From Girardia tigrina (Eukaryota): DNA of 64,000 bases. The position numbers were made by a program, and so were the translations under genes. The notes beneath the pieces were generated by a model. It had not been told where the DNA came from. It worked only from the letters and a program-made list of their open reading frames with translations, and did no database searches. Below, one piece after another: positions 24,885-38,424 of this stretch. The stretch lies in contig MQRK01215053.1 of NCBI GenBank assembly GCA_001938485.1, forward strand, positions 80,091 through 144,090, given 5' to 3'. Each line of letters opens with the position of its first letter. Positions within the stretch are counted from its first letter, which is position 1.

Positions 24885-25349
24885 TGTGAGGAATATTTGG
24901 TGTGTGGATGTTTTTGTGTAGTGTTTGCATGTTTAAATGTTGTGTGTTGATTTGGGATTGTGCCTCTCCTAACCAGATGGATGATCAATATTTAATTTAT
25001 TATCATCTGAAACTAATTTATTTAAATTTAGATTTAATATTCAAATTTGTAATTTTTATTATTGCAACTTTTAAATAATTTTAATGATTTTATTTTTGTA
25101 AATTTTTAAATAATTAAAATCAAATTCATGTTTAAAAATGACAATAAAAATATTTTATTTTAGCCAATAAAATTTAAATTAAATATTTTTAAATAAAGTG
25201 GTCTTATCAAGTATAGTTCAGATTATAATGAGAGATATTGAAAATTGATTGATGGATCTAAGTGAAAGCAATACTATTGATCATCATAAAGATGATAAGA
25301 AATGTGAATGTAATAAATGTTCTGTCAAATGTGCGAGTTCTCTTAACAG
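24885..25349 (+). repeat. Interspersed repeat family A (probable Penelope 5' region)
   Basis: Close inverted copy at 58482-58944, where it runs directly into a Penelope RT remnant. Diverged copy at ~32986-33390. Confidence 0.85.
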
Positions 25350-25940
25350 AAGTAAAAATTAAAAATGTTAAATTTTAATTGTCGAAGTTGTAATTTTTGT
25401 TTGGAAATATTTATTTATATATAAAGTAGAACTCCCGAAAGTGAATTATACATTTATTATAAAAATGAAAAAAAACACCGCTTAAGTTAAATTATGGAAC
25501 TCAAAAATGTGTAATAGCAACTTTTTGGTTTTAATTATCATGTACAACGACAATCCCCGAAATGCAAAAGCTCACTCTAAGTGCAAATCACTAACATCTG
25601 GATGTGAAAAAATAAGGTAGATCTAGCAGTCCTTTACATTTATAAACGTTATATGTCATTGAAACAATTGGAGTTAGCTTTGAACATTCCATGATTTTTG
25701 GAGACTATCTTTACGCGGGCTTCCTAAACAATCATATGTGTATGTGATTGTCCAAGAAACTTGTGGATGAAAAACAAACCGTACAACTTCAAAATCGAAT
25801 AAAAATAATCCGCAAAATAAAGAGATCATACAGTATAATAATTTATTTTTTGAATGTTATAATATTTTTTTCATCAGTCTAATTAAACAATCTGAACATG
25901 AAAATACGAATACAAATTAATGTCGTCAATTTGTATTAAT

Positions 25941-26810
25941 TTAGGTTGGTCGAAAAATAATGGCGGTTTTTGAGCTTTATACTTTGTTTATCTACTTTGA
26001 TATGTATATAAGTTTAAATGCATTAGTGTTAGATATTATTTGAAATCTTATGCCTAGNNNNNNNNNNNNNNNNNNNNNNNNNNNNNNNNNNNNNNNNNNN
26101 NNNNNNNNNNNNNNNNNNNNNNNNNNNNNNNNNNNNNNNNNNNNNNNNNNTACGAATTTAAACTGGGTCGTAAAGCAGCAGAAACGGCTCGCAATATCAA
26201 TAAAGCGTTTGGCAAGGGAACAGCTTCTGAGCGCACAGTGCAACGATGGTTCTGAAAATTTTCTGATGGTGATAGAAACCTTGAAGATGAAGAAGGTCGT
26301 GGTCGTCCAGTTACTGTGAACAATGGTGGAAACAGATCCCCGTACAACAATCAGAGAACTTGCAGATGAGTTTGGCATTAGTCATTCAACAGTCCTGGAT
26401 CATTTAAAACAACTTGGAAAAATGAAGAAACTTGATAAATGGGTTCCACATGATTTGAATGAAAATCAAAAGAACCGACGCTATGAAATTTGTTCTGCCA
26501 ATCATCTTCGCAATAAAAACAATCCATTTTTTGATCGTATTGTTACCTGTGATGAGAAATAGATCCTGTATGATAACCGACGTAGATTTGCACAGTGGTT
26601 GGACAAAGATGAAGTACCGAAACACTTTCCAAACCCGAAACTAACACCCCGTAAGGTTGTGGTGACAGTTTGGTGGTGTGATGCTGGAATCACCCACTAT
26701 AGTTTCTTGAATCCAGGTGAAACAATCACAGCGGAGAGGTACTGTCATGAAATTGATGAAATGCATAAAAAATTGAAAACCCTTTGTCCGGGATTGGTCA
26801 ATCGAAAAAA
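25941..26810 (+). mobile_element. Mariner transposon, 5' part
   Basis: Left TIR TTAGGTTGGTCGAAAAATAATGGCG; WVPHDL, IVTCDEK, KVVVTVWW motifs; stops and frameshifts. Confidence 0.93.
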
Positions 26811-27303
26811 ATTGTCGCTCCCTACAATATGTCTAATAAGGCTCACCAGATAAGACCATTTCATTTGCTTTGTTCTACTACAGTAATCTAATTTCTTTTT
26901 TCTACCTCAAATTACAGATGAAAATGCTGGTTTGACGAAAAACTCGTCACTGATCAATAGCTCTAACTGCTGCAACTCATGATGTATCTGAGCTAAGTCT
27001 TTTGGAGCAACAACCTTCATTTCAGAGCTGAAACAGTATTTTAGAAAATTATCTTCAAAATTAGATTTTTAATAATTCTATTTTTTTTAAAAATATAAAT
27101 TATATAAAATGGGTATAAAGATTTGAAATGTTGGGTAGAATTGACAAACTTTGTAATGCACAAGAAAAAAACTTTAATTTGATCAAAACTGTAAATATAT
27201 TTTAGAACATAAATAAGATTTTTTAAACATATTATCTAATCTATTTATCTATTATTTACACTATTATTTAATATATTTATTTATATTACAAAACTTACAA
27301 TAT

Positions 27304-28108
27304 CTATTGTAACCAAATATGATGTTTAATTTCCCTAAAATTGATTCTTTTGTCCGGATTCCAAACCATACATTTGTCAATCAGACTCTTTGCTGACTCT
27401 GAACATCGTTTGTATGACAATCCTCTAAATGTTTTATATTCCTCTTCGTTTTCGAATGGCGCATGCGTCTCAATGCAACTGAACATAAGACTTCCAAACA
27501 TAAATACTAAACTTTTTTCTACGTCATAAAAAGTTTTACTCATTACCTCTGGAGCCCAATGTCCGACTGTACCGACTCCTGTTATTACACATTGGTCGGG
27601 AATCTTTTATATTGTAAATACAATCTTCAAAGTCAAGTATTTTTACTTGATATTTCGTTTTATGAAACATTATGTTTTCAAGTTTAATATCAAGATGAAA
27701 TATTCCTTTCTCGACGAGAATTTCTAGAGCTTCAATTACACCTTTCATTATTTTCTTGATACATCTTTCTAGTCGATTCGTATTCGCCGTATAATCAAAC
27801 AATTCCGTCCATTGTCCGCTTAGATATTCCATCACTACTGCAAATTCTTCATCATTCTGGAAATAATCAAGAATAACTGGACAAACTTTATTGTTATCTA
27901 TTAATTTATTATAATACATTTCCTTTGGAATTGGGAAAGGATATTTGTATGTATTGATAAAGTAACCACGTAATTCTTTAACAAACGTTTTGATAAGAAC
28001 AACTTTGTATTTCTTATTATTTGAGGAGTTATTCTTAGCCAAATAGATGGAACCTTTTCTATGTTTTTGAATTAATTTGATGAAAGGATATTCTTCACGA
28101 GTAATCAT
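27304..28108 (-). pseudogene. Intronless Pim/CAMK-like Ser/Thr kinase with one frameshift
   Basis: VVMEY hinge, HLDIKLEN, ILDFE; then in a shifted frame GTVGHWAPE...SLIDKCMVWNPDKRI...HHIWL. Frameshift near 27590-27605. Confidence 0.85.
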
Positions 28109-29264
28109 TTTATTAATACGAATAATTTATATTTGAATAATAAATAATAATATTTCAATTATACTTTTATACTTAAAATATCAAAAAATATAATAAATGG
28201 GAATAATTCAATTAATTATTTATATTACACGGTATTTTATTGGATAAATATCCTTTTTGCAAATCAAATAGCTAATTATGACACATTGATTTTTGGGAGA
28301 CCAGTAAACTCGTTTTACCCCTTATTATACAGCACGTACCGTACAGCACGAGAGCCGAGTTTACTCGTTTTCTTGCGCAAAGCGGCAATGTGCCGTAGAT
28401 ATTTTTACAAATGGCTCCAGACAGGTGTGGGTGGTGCGTTATATATTATCGGCGGTATCCAATTTATCTATCTGCATACAGAATGAGTTTGAGATTGAAA
28501 GCTAGTAAATCAAGAAATTTAATTTTTTATATCCATTCTTTATGCAGACAGAACTCTACTTTGCCAACAAAGTTTTTAAAACTTAAAAAAATTAAAATTT
28601 AAAAAATTTTAATTAAAAAACACATTAAAATTAATATAAACTACTTATAATTTATAAGTAGATATCTTGGAATTAATATTGTTCGGAAACTCCGAATTTT
28701 CAGTTTTTTCCCATTTTTGGATCTTAAAAAGTTTTTCTCGATCAAATTTTTACAAAATCATTTATTGTCATCGAGAATGAGTAAGTATGCAAAGTTTGAA
28801 GAAAATCGATTGAGTAAAATGCCTTCAAAAACAGGTTTCTAAATTCCATGAATACATATATATATACCTATGTAGAAAGTAAGCTAATAAAAGAATAGAA
28901 TGACGGGAAAATGACCGGTTACATAGTGCTAATATGTGCTATTAAAATAAAATATGATTTTATTAGAAGATAAATATTTAAATGTTATTTTTGTATTAAA
29001 TTTGTCAAATATTATTCAAAAAGATTTTATCCGATGAAATATTATACAATATAAATGTCGTCACATCCATTGCATGTATACTGATAGGCAACATCCGAAC
29101 ATTATGCCAATTAGTGTTTCTAACCCCGAAACTATTTTAAAATCCGGGATTTCGGGGATAGAATTTGTGAACTCCGGGTTCCCTGGTAAATTGAAAACTA
29201 GTAAATTGATTTGAACTAAATTTTTTCATTAATAATTTGCATTGCATACCTAATTGCAATGTTA

Positions 29265-29712
29265 TGAAAAAGGTATGGTACGCATTGTTTATGCTGAGAA
29301 TCATCACTACCAAACTGTTGATGATCTGAAGAAGGCAAGCCTCGACACTTGGACAAAAATCGACTGTGGAACAATTCAAAACCTAGTCAATAGTATGCTA
29401 AACCGATTGTTCCAGATAATCAATCGCTCTGGTGGTATAATCGACTATTAAAAGCAAAATACTTTTGTCATTTAGTTCTGCTAAACGTTTGATATACTCA
29501 GACTTTGCAAGTGTTTATATAATTATGAAACGGGATTATTTTCATTTTCTCAAACTAACACCCGTAACAACTCAATCTTTAACTTTAAAAATAGAATCGA
29601 AACTGTTTCTTGATATGAGCTATCATGCAGATATAACGAACTTATCAACAACATAGTGAAAAACCGTCAACACGTAAAATTTGGGGTGTTCATATAAATA
29701 TTAAACACACTT
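29265..29712 (+). mobile_element. Tc1/Tc3-like 3' fragment
   Basis: VRIVYAEN...DLKKA...W...IQNLVNSMLNRLFQIINRSGGIIDY*, the typical Tc1-family C-terminus. Confidence 0.8.
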
Positions 29713-29853
29713 TACATGGTTAAAAAATTCAACACCAAAAATTACGAGACCAAAACAATCGACCCAAAAATACGTCACCAAAAAGAACTGTAACCCCGTG
29801 GTTCTCAAACCGTAGGATATTTTGAAAAGGGGTGTTATTTTTTTGAGCATACC

Positions 29854-30166
29854 TATGAAACCCTGCTTCATCCACCATATTCACCAGACCTCTCGCCAAC
29901 GGTCTTCTACTTTTTCAGGCATTTGTACAACTTCCTACGTGAAAGAATTTTCAAAACCAAAATGATACTCAAAATGCCTTCCAAGAATTCGTCGCTTCGA
30001 GAACCGATGCATTTTATGCTGATGGAATAAAACAACTTGTTTCTCGTTGGCAAATATGTATTGATGCCAACGGTTCATACTTTGATTAATAAACTTTTGT
30101 TTCTGTGAATTTGCACGTCTTTGAAATTTGTGTCCCAAAAGCGCCATTATTTTTCGACCCACTTAA
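29854..30166 (+). mobile_element. Mariner transposon, 3' part with right TIR
   Basis: YETLLHPPYSPDLSP...RWQICIDANGSYFD*. TIR CGCCATTATTTTTCGACCCACTTAA is complementary to the 25941 TIR. Confidence 0.92.
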
Positions 30167-30499
30167 TATTATGTATCGCTGTTTGTTCTATTAACAGTTA
30201 AAACTAATAAAAGAAATAACTTTTTCATTCACATATCAAATTTAAGGAAGTAAACTAATAAGTTTTACCCAACAACCAAATTACTAAATTAACACAGAAT
30301 ATATTATTACAAACATAAACTAAAAATAATTAATTATGATTGTAATATAATATTTCATTTTTTATGATTTATAATCTACTTTTGATTATATTAACACTGA
30401 CAATTTTATCTTTTGAATATAAAACATTCAGTGAGTATTTACATTCTATGTTAATACATTAACAATAATAATTCTTTCACTATTAGAAGTATTCATTAA

Positions 30500-30960
30500 G
30501 TTTCAAAGCGTGCCATAGTTTCTCGCCTCAAATTCAACAAACTCGTTAATGACAAGATATAAATGTTTGCCAATGGTACTTATGATCTTAGACCATCTCT
30601 GTAACTACAAAAAGATATTTTCAATATTTGAAGCTCTCATTTACTTCCATAAAGCTACCGATGTCAACTTTGAAGAACTCGGTCAATTATGTAAATATTC
30701 TGTCGAAAAGCAGCAATTGCAATCAGAGTTTCGCATTTACTCGGAAAAGTGGGTTCCATGCCTTTCCAAAGACCAGCCAGCAACAGGGTTGGAAGCATTT
30801 CGTGAGAAAATGTGACATTAACTTTTTTTTCAAAATATTAAGAAACTACTACAATTTGTTTCTTACTTTTCCAGCAGAAAGAACATTTTCCGCTCTGACC
30901 TGAAATAAAACAAATATTGGAAGTAACATGAACAAAAACAGATCAAGTATGGATGATGTC
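30500..30960 (+). mobile_element. hAT transposase C-terminal (dimerisation domain) remnant
   Basis: PAERTFSAL...SNMNKNRS matches the hAT ERxFS motif region. Confidence 0.65.
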
Positions 30961-31509
30961 AATACATTTGAATATTTCAGTCAATACTGATGAATTTCTT
31001 CTTTTCTTTATTAAATTCTTTATTCCTGACAAAGTATAAAGATTATACTGTAATTTCTGTGTCTAGTCTCTCTTCTTTTTTGCTAAATAATAAACAATAT
31101 GGAAACGCAATTTAGCAGGACCACAAAATCCTTTACGGTGTCAATATGTGTATGTGTGTGTTGGTAGGTGTGAGTGGGGTAAAAGTGTGGTGTGTTCATC
31201 ATTATACTCGTTACACTACAAAACTTGACATGTACGATGTCTTATGAAATGATATAGGACTGGAAAGGTTAACTAACTAAAAAATAAAAATAATCAAAAT
31301 AGCCACAAAATATCAATGTTTATAGATTATGTGTAATCTTAAAAAATAAAAACTTTATTTTGTCATATATGTATTATATTTTGGAACATTAAATAAATAT
31401 TGTAATATCACCAATATAATTATATTAATTTAAATTATTTTAAAATTATATTTATATTATAATATAATCTGTGAGAAGTGGTTGCAACCTCAATATCAGA
31501 ATTAATTTT

Positions 31510-31960
31510 TTTAACACCAAAATTTATTACTAACAACAATTCACATATTTAAACAAATTTTTCTGTTAATTTAATTATCTCGCCGCAAGTTAATCTATTA
31601 AATTCTTTTATATTCAATTTTTAAAATCTTGCAAATTTATTTAAAATTGTTTCATAAATTATATTAAAATATATAAATTGTTATGACTGTAAAAATATTT
31701 TTATTTATTAATAAATATTTAATATTTAATGGTTTTCTTATTATTTTTAATTTTAAGATATTTAATAGATGCATTAAAAAGATATTTTTTTTATTTTTAA
31801 ATAGATATTTAATTTTTTTATGATTTTCTTTTATTATATCATTTTTAATTTTAAAATATTTCATAAGCATATTAACATTAAAATATTTTTCCTTTTAAAT
31901 TAAAAATAATAATAAATTATTCTGGCGAGATAAAAATTTAAATTAACCCCTCATATAATC
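31510..31960 (-). repeat. Interspersed repeat family B (extremely AT-rich)
   Basis: Inverted copy at ~41880-42440 (AATTAACCCCTCATATAA / TTATATGAGGGGTTAATT). Related segments at ~12480-12600 and ~43220-43320. Confidence 0.8.
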
Positions 31961-33395
31961 AAATACATTATAACTTATGTAAATAAATATATTGAATTGA
32001 ATATAATTATTTTCTAAAAAAATTAAAAGTGATTAATATATATATAAATATATATTATTTTCCTAACAACTATTCGAACCGTCTCCAGAGGAACATCGAT
32101 AGTGCAGTCAGATTGTCCAGTGATTCTTGATCAATTCCGTCTTCTCAACATTCGCGCATCGATTTTCACCGATTCACTTGATCGATATTGGATCCATTCG
32201 CCATTTATATATAAATTATTTTTCGTCAAAACTTATTTCCTCATTGATAAACGAATCGGGAAATTTTTCGAGCGATTTCATGCAGATTATTCAAATAACA
32301 AGGTGATCTTGCTACCCAATTTATCTTCGACAATGGAGACGATTTCATGATGTACGTTGATAGGCCTTGGAATCGTATGTCTTTTTTGTATGGAGTTTTA
32401 GCTTTAAAAATGAGAGGAAATACTCTTTGATTATTTTTAGTTTTGATGTTTTATCTTTCTAAGTTTATACCTCAACATTGAACTTAAAAATTGGAAAATT
32501 TTAAAAAGGTCATGAGAAGGTTAATTTTCATTTTTAAATTTACTAAAACATTTATTATCTAAAAGGGTTATCTTTTAACAGAAGAATAATGTATAAATAG
32601 AGTTTACTCCTTGCATTTCTCGTTCTTGTTCATTCTAAGGTATGGAAAAATTGAGGTAGCATTAAATTATGGTGACTATATATTTGGAAAGCAAAGGTTC
32701 TATGACCTCTTTAAGAAGCCTGTTTAAATTGTATTCTATATATTTATTGTGAATAAATCTAACAGAAAAAATTAAGAATTACGAAATGTCACTGATTTTT
32801 CTATTTTAATTCGAATTAAGTGGAAGATTCAAATTAATGAATCAATTAATTGTAAACATTTGTGTGTATATCGATTTATAAAGATGACTTAAAAATCAAT
32901 TATTGAATATGATTGTGGTGTATGTCTTTTGTGAACGTGTCTGTGTGTATGTAAAAAGAAATTTGTAAAAAATTATATTAAAATTGTGAGGAATATTTTG
33001 AATTGTTTGTTGATATTGTGCATGTTGTATGTTGATTCGGATTGTGTCTCTCCTACACAGATGGATGATTGGTATTTTCTTTGATTCTTATTAATTAAAA
33101 TAATTTAATTTAATTTTAAACTAAAAATATTTAAAATAATTTTTGAATGTATTATTTATTTTTTAATGTAATTTAAAATTTTAATATATTAATTTAATAT
33201 GTTCTTTTTTTAAAAAATGTTTAGATTTAATTTTAACCAATTAGATTCTTTATAATTAATAATTTTTATTAACAGATTTTTATTTATTGAAAATAATTAG
33301 TATGAACTCAGAAATATATTTATCAAGAGAGATGTCAAATAGTGAATGCGCTTGTGATATTAATAAATGTTGTAAAACTCATATTTATGTTGTTA

Positions 33396-33450
<55 letters not shown>

Positions 33451-33584
33451 NNNNNNNNNNNNNNNNNNNNNNNNNNNNNNNNNNNNNNNNNNNNNNNNNN
33501 NNNNNNNNNNNNNNNNNNNNNNNNNNNNNNNNNNNNNNNNNNNNNNNNNNNNNNNNNNNNNNNNNNNNNNNNNNNNNNNNNNNN

Positions 33585-33705
33585 AAATACCCTCCTTTGA
33601 GTTCCATGACATTTCACTATGTGGTCCAAAATTGAGCTTTTTCTACTTAATTGGGTATGTTCTGCAATTCTAGTACGGAGGTGACGATTTGTCTCTCCAA
33701 TGTGG
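33585..33705 (-). mobile_element. Penelope GIY-YIG fragment
   Basis: HIGETNRHLRTRIAEHTQLSRKSSILDHIVKC on the minus strand. Confidence 0.85.
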
Positions 33706-33930
33706 GCCTCCCATCTCTATAATGGTATTGAGCCTAAGGCTCTTTAGAGGGTCCACCCAAACTAAAGTCCTTAAGGGCCCCCTCCTACGGGGTCAGTGGC
33801 CTTCCGCCTCTGAGCAGTCGGCTTGCCAGTAACGAACGACCAACCATGGAACTTGGTACCATGGCCGTACATGCCGTTGGCTGTTACGGTGGACGCGTAA
33901 CAACCGCGAAATGTCCTCTTAAATTGTCCT
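33706..33930 (-). mobile_element. 3' tip of the zinc-finger LINE family
   Basis: FKRTFRGCYASTVTANGMYGHGTKFHGWSFVTGKP matches the last finger of the 4800 and 52022 copies. Confidence 0.75.
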
Positions 33931-33944
33931 CTTGCAGTCCTGTA

Positions 33945-34358
33945 GTCGGCTACTAACATGCCGGTCAACTTCGATCATTGCCGAGATTATATAGACATTT
34001 TCAACGATAGACCTGCCTGTGCGAGGCGCATCTTTAACATCAAAAATGTCTCCACGGAATCGACGAAACCAAAATTGATTACAATTAGCTGTTACAGTAT
34101 TGGTACCATAAACACCATTCACAATAACAGCCGCCTGGCTTGCATTTTCGCCTTTATCGAATAAAAACAGTAAAATGTACCGAATTTTTTCTTTGTTGAC
34201 TTCCATTTTTAACACTCTGTACCTCAGAACTAAATAAAAAAAGCAAAAAAAATTTGTGAAATTACTGCGAAATGTAGCCTTGACAAAGCATAAATTTGAT
34301 ATTGTTTGATCGATAAATAATGAATTAAAATAATGGATTACTTTTTCCCCAACCTAAT
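33945..34358 (-). mobile_element. Mariner (mellifera-like) 5' fragment with TIR
   Basis: MEVNKEKIRYILLFLFDKGENASQAA...WFRRFR...DAPRTGR; TIR TTAGGTTGGGGAAAAAGTAATCCATT. Confidence 0.9.
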
Positions 34359-35343
34359 AATTTAATTATTGGATATCTAATTCATATAATTAGATACATG
34401 TCTTAGGATATCTTAGGATAGCGATATTCTCCTTCATAAGCAAAATAATATAAAGATTTTTGAGTATTTTAAGGATTGCAAATAATAAAAATGATTTGAA
34501 ATGACTCTCTTTGGGGCATAAAAGCAGGCTATTTGAATATAAATATATATGCAAGGTTATAAATAAAGATTTGAATTTCGAAATTCCGAAAAAATAATAG
34601 TAACTATTATTATTATTATTATCATAAAATTTTCGAAGAAGAATATATACTAAATTTATAAAATGATTAATATTTTTCTCAATCATTAATAAAAGATATT
34701 AATAATATTTCAAGTAATTATTATTAAACATTTCCCTCAAATAAAATTTTCCTTAGACAGTTTTCTGTCAATCATTTTTCACAAATATTCAGTAATTTTA
34801 TTAGATACCCACGATGACACTGGTTCAAGGGGGGTCGGGCTGTCATATCTCGACTCTTTTCTAAAATAAGTTTCAATTCAACTAAAAATAAATGATACAT
34901 CTTTAAATTTTCTCCTAAATTAGTTTTTGCTCCCATGGAATAAAAAATAGTTTTCAGAATTTGTAATTATGTCAATTTTCTATTAATAAAATAACCAAAC
35001 TTAAAAGTATTTTAACTATACAACTTTTAATTTGTAATTAAAATTATTTTTTATTTTTAAACTGTTCAAAAGTTCCTTGAGGACTGTAAATGGGTTTATT
35101 CAAGTATGATGTACGTCTAAAATATTACTGTTTTAATTATTTTAGAAGGAACCAATTTTTTTAATCATAAAATATAATATGATAGTAAGACACACTTTAG
35201 GACGAAAAGTAAATATATAGTTATCCCAATCTAATCAACAATTATGAACCACAATAAGTAATAACCTTGTATTAGTGAAAAGTCTTAATTCTACGAACAA
35301 ACTGTTGACAATTATCATTAGTAAGAACAAATTCAAAATCTTC

Positions 35344-35384
<41 letters not shown>

Positions 35385-36257
35385 TTGTAACGTGTACGGA
35401 TATTATCCTCTTTACAAAATGATTTCAATGTAAATCGAAAATTTCGGAATATCTGTGGCCGTATATAAAAATTAATATTCTCTTCTGTTATGATTTCGAT
35501 ACTAACTCAAAAATTAGCAAATATCGGCGATCATAATGAAGTATTGTCAATTCGTGGCAATCAAAATTTCTCTTGACGATGTAATAATTTTTTATCGACT
35601 TTTAAAGTTCAAGTTTAAAATTAAAAATTAAGTCGATTGAATTATTATAATTCATATTATAGAAAATATAAAGGATGGGAAAAATAATTAGCTGTTTCTT
35701 TCTTTTTTTGTCATTCATTCGCTTTATTTTGACAGAATTTTCTTTTCTTCTTTTTTTTGACAGATTCAATATTTCTTTATCTCGTTAATAAAAAAATATA
35801 AAAAAAATACAAAAAAAGTAAGGAAAAAAACTGCAATAAAAATAATCATCTGATCCGAATATCAAAGTTTTAACAACATGAACTAAAAATTGAGAAACAC
35901 ATTCGATATGCCATCACACGCTTGCAAGACATATACATCACACGTACACATACGTCAACAACAAGATGGCACACAAAGAGAAGGTAAACTGTCAAAAATG
36001 AAATTTCGACAAAGGATAACGTCAGAAACGGTGTTTATACAAGGACAAAATATAAGTTCTCTGAAACGAAACATTTGAAGGGATACTAAAAAAAGGTTGT
36101 CGCATACATTAAATATGACCTGTTGGTGTTAGAGCGGGCGCAGCGCGGTGGCGGCATCCCGGAGTTGGGTGGTGGACTGCGGGACGCGGTAGGAAATAGA
36201 TCGAAGCTTACCAGCTGGTGTTCTCCCAATCCGAAATTTCGAACAAAACGGATCACC

Positions 36258-36630
36258 CTGCTCTTTCTCCGCCATTTTACGATCAACTTCATTTAACCTT
36301 TTGACAATATCTGGAACACGGTGTTTTGATAAAGATTTTTCAAAATACTTCTTCGCATTGATTAGGTCATCTAATTTCAAATAAGCATTCCCCGCTTTTG
36401 AACAGGCTTTGGCGATTAATTTATAATCAGCCCGATTTTCACGTCCGACTTCAACGGATTTATTACACACCACAATACATTGCTCATATTCTCCTCTCTC
36501 AAAATGTACAGCACCAATGTTAGTATAAAACGTGCAATTTTTTTAATCAAGTTCGACAGCTTCATTATAATGATCATTAGCGACTAAAAAATTCTTCGAT
36601 TTATAAGCTTCATGACTATTGTCTTTCCCC
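36258..36630 (-). pseudogene. STIP1: STI1/HOP (STIP1) TPR2A-domain fragment, intronless, one stop
   Basis: EAYKSKNF...HYNEAVELD*KNCTFYTNIGAVHFERGEYEQC...EVGRENRADYKLIAKA...GNAY...KSLSKHR matches HOP TPR2A (EVGRENREDYRQIAKA...KSLAEHR). Confidence 0.9.
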
Positions 36631-38424
36631 ACTAACGATTCACTTACAAACAATTTTTACATTCGCCATATAAAACATCAATGGCCGCAAAATAAAAAAT
36701 CTTCAATTGTAAAAAAGATCGCGCCGAAAATCCACATTTATTTCATTTAAACTAATTCGATAATTTAATACACAACACTTTTTTCGAAACTCGATTCACC
36801 AAAACTGTCACAACTGACCAACACACCAACAAGACACCGACCAATGACAAGGCCGGAAGAACAATCATGTCTTTCAATAACCACACACCACATGGTATGA
36901 TTCTAATTTCTTAATTTCTTTTAATTATTAATAATTTTTTTCATTTATTTAATTTTTTTATTCATTTATATATTTTTTTATAATTTAAACCGAAAATTTG
37001 ATTAGTTGATGAGAAATCTGTCACAAAATTTTCCCAAAAAAATAAAATACAATTCAGATAAAAAAAGACACCAAATCAATGAGAATCAGTAAAAAGGGGA
37101 TCAGATTTCTCATGAATTACGTCAATCATTATTCAGTCTCAAACTCCAGCAAAGCATATTAAAGCGTTAAAGCAAACGTAAAATTTTCACTTTTTTTAAT
37201 ATATGTATATAGTAACGAAATTTGCAATTTCCTTTTTTCATAATATAATTTGTTATTCAATTTGAAACTTGTCGAATGATGAAGATTCGTCAGACAATTC
37301 ATATTTTTTCAATAAGATGTATTGAAATAATGTGACTATAGTAAAGAAAAATTAATCATGCATATATCAAAAATACACATCAAAAAAGAAGGATTAGAAA
37401 ATATAATCAGCACTGTTGGCCAAAGAGATCTCGATTAACATAATTGAAAGTATTATCCTTCTTATTAAACTTTTCCACAGGGTAATTCTTCAGAATACTA
37501 AAATTATTTTATTGTTGAGGTCAATTGCACCAATCTCTTGAATGAATATTAACCCAATATTATTATCCCAATATTATCCCAAAAGAATAATTTTAGCAAA
37601 AATTACGTCTTAAACATCCCTTAGAGCTAGATTTTTGATGCATGATTTTATATAAACTTCTCATAATTCAGGTCGTCGGAAGCATGTGATGAATTGATGG
37701 TACAAAAGTCTTGCTCCAATACACCTAAGCTTGTTTTTTAAAGTCTTCTTGCTGATATTGAGTTTATTTGAAATCTTTGTTTGTATGGATTATCTCTTTT
37801 TATTCATCATATTCTTTAAATGTTTTAATTTATTTTCATCAATTTATTCAAATTTTTCACTTTGCTCCTAATCCAATACTTTTCCTGTTAGAATAAAACT
37901 AACTTAGAATAATCTAACTTAGATAGTTATCTGAATTTGCACTTTATTTATATTTCTTTATTATAAATGATGTACAATTTTCTTCGTTTCTTCAAAAGCA
38001 GAAAGGCGATGCCTCCATATAAAACTTGGTTATAATTTAATGAAAAATGAATTGTCGTATGAGAGAATCAGTAACTTAATAAGAATATTTTCTAAGTTTC
38101 TGATTCACAACTATGGAGGATTCCTTTTTCTTTGGATATCTACACTTTTACTAAAAATTCCACAGAACAATAATAAATATTTATTCCAAATAAACTTTAA
38201 TTACAATTATAAAAACAATCTATATTTAAATCGATTTTTTAAATCTTTTATATTTAATTTTCATATTTATATAATATAAGGAAGGTTACTACACTAGTCA
38301 CCCAATTGTAAGGGGATCATTACGTTGTTTCAAACACTTTGAAAATTATGTTCGAATCTTGATTTGATTTGGTTACGGACTTCGTTATTTAAATGTGTGA
38401 AATCAAATTCCTATATATCCTATC

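Noticed and set aside
32080-32400. CpG-rich coding-like patch (NLYINGEW on the minus strand)
   Set aside because: Multiple stops on the minus strand and no recognisable family beyond a short chance-level motif.
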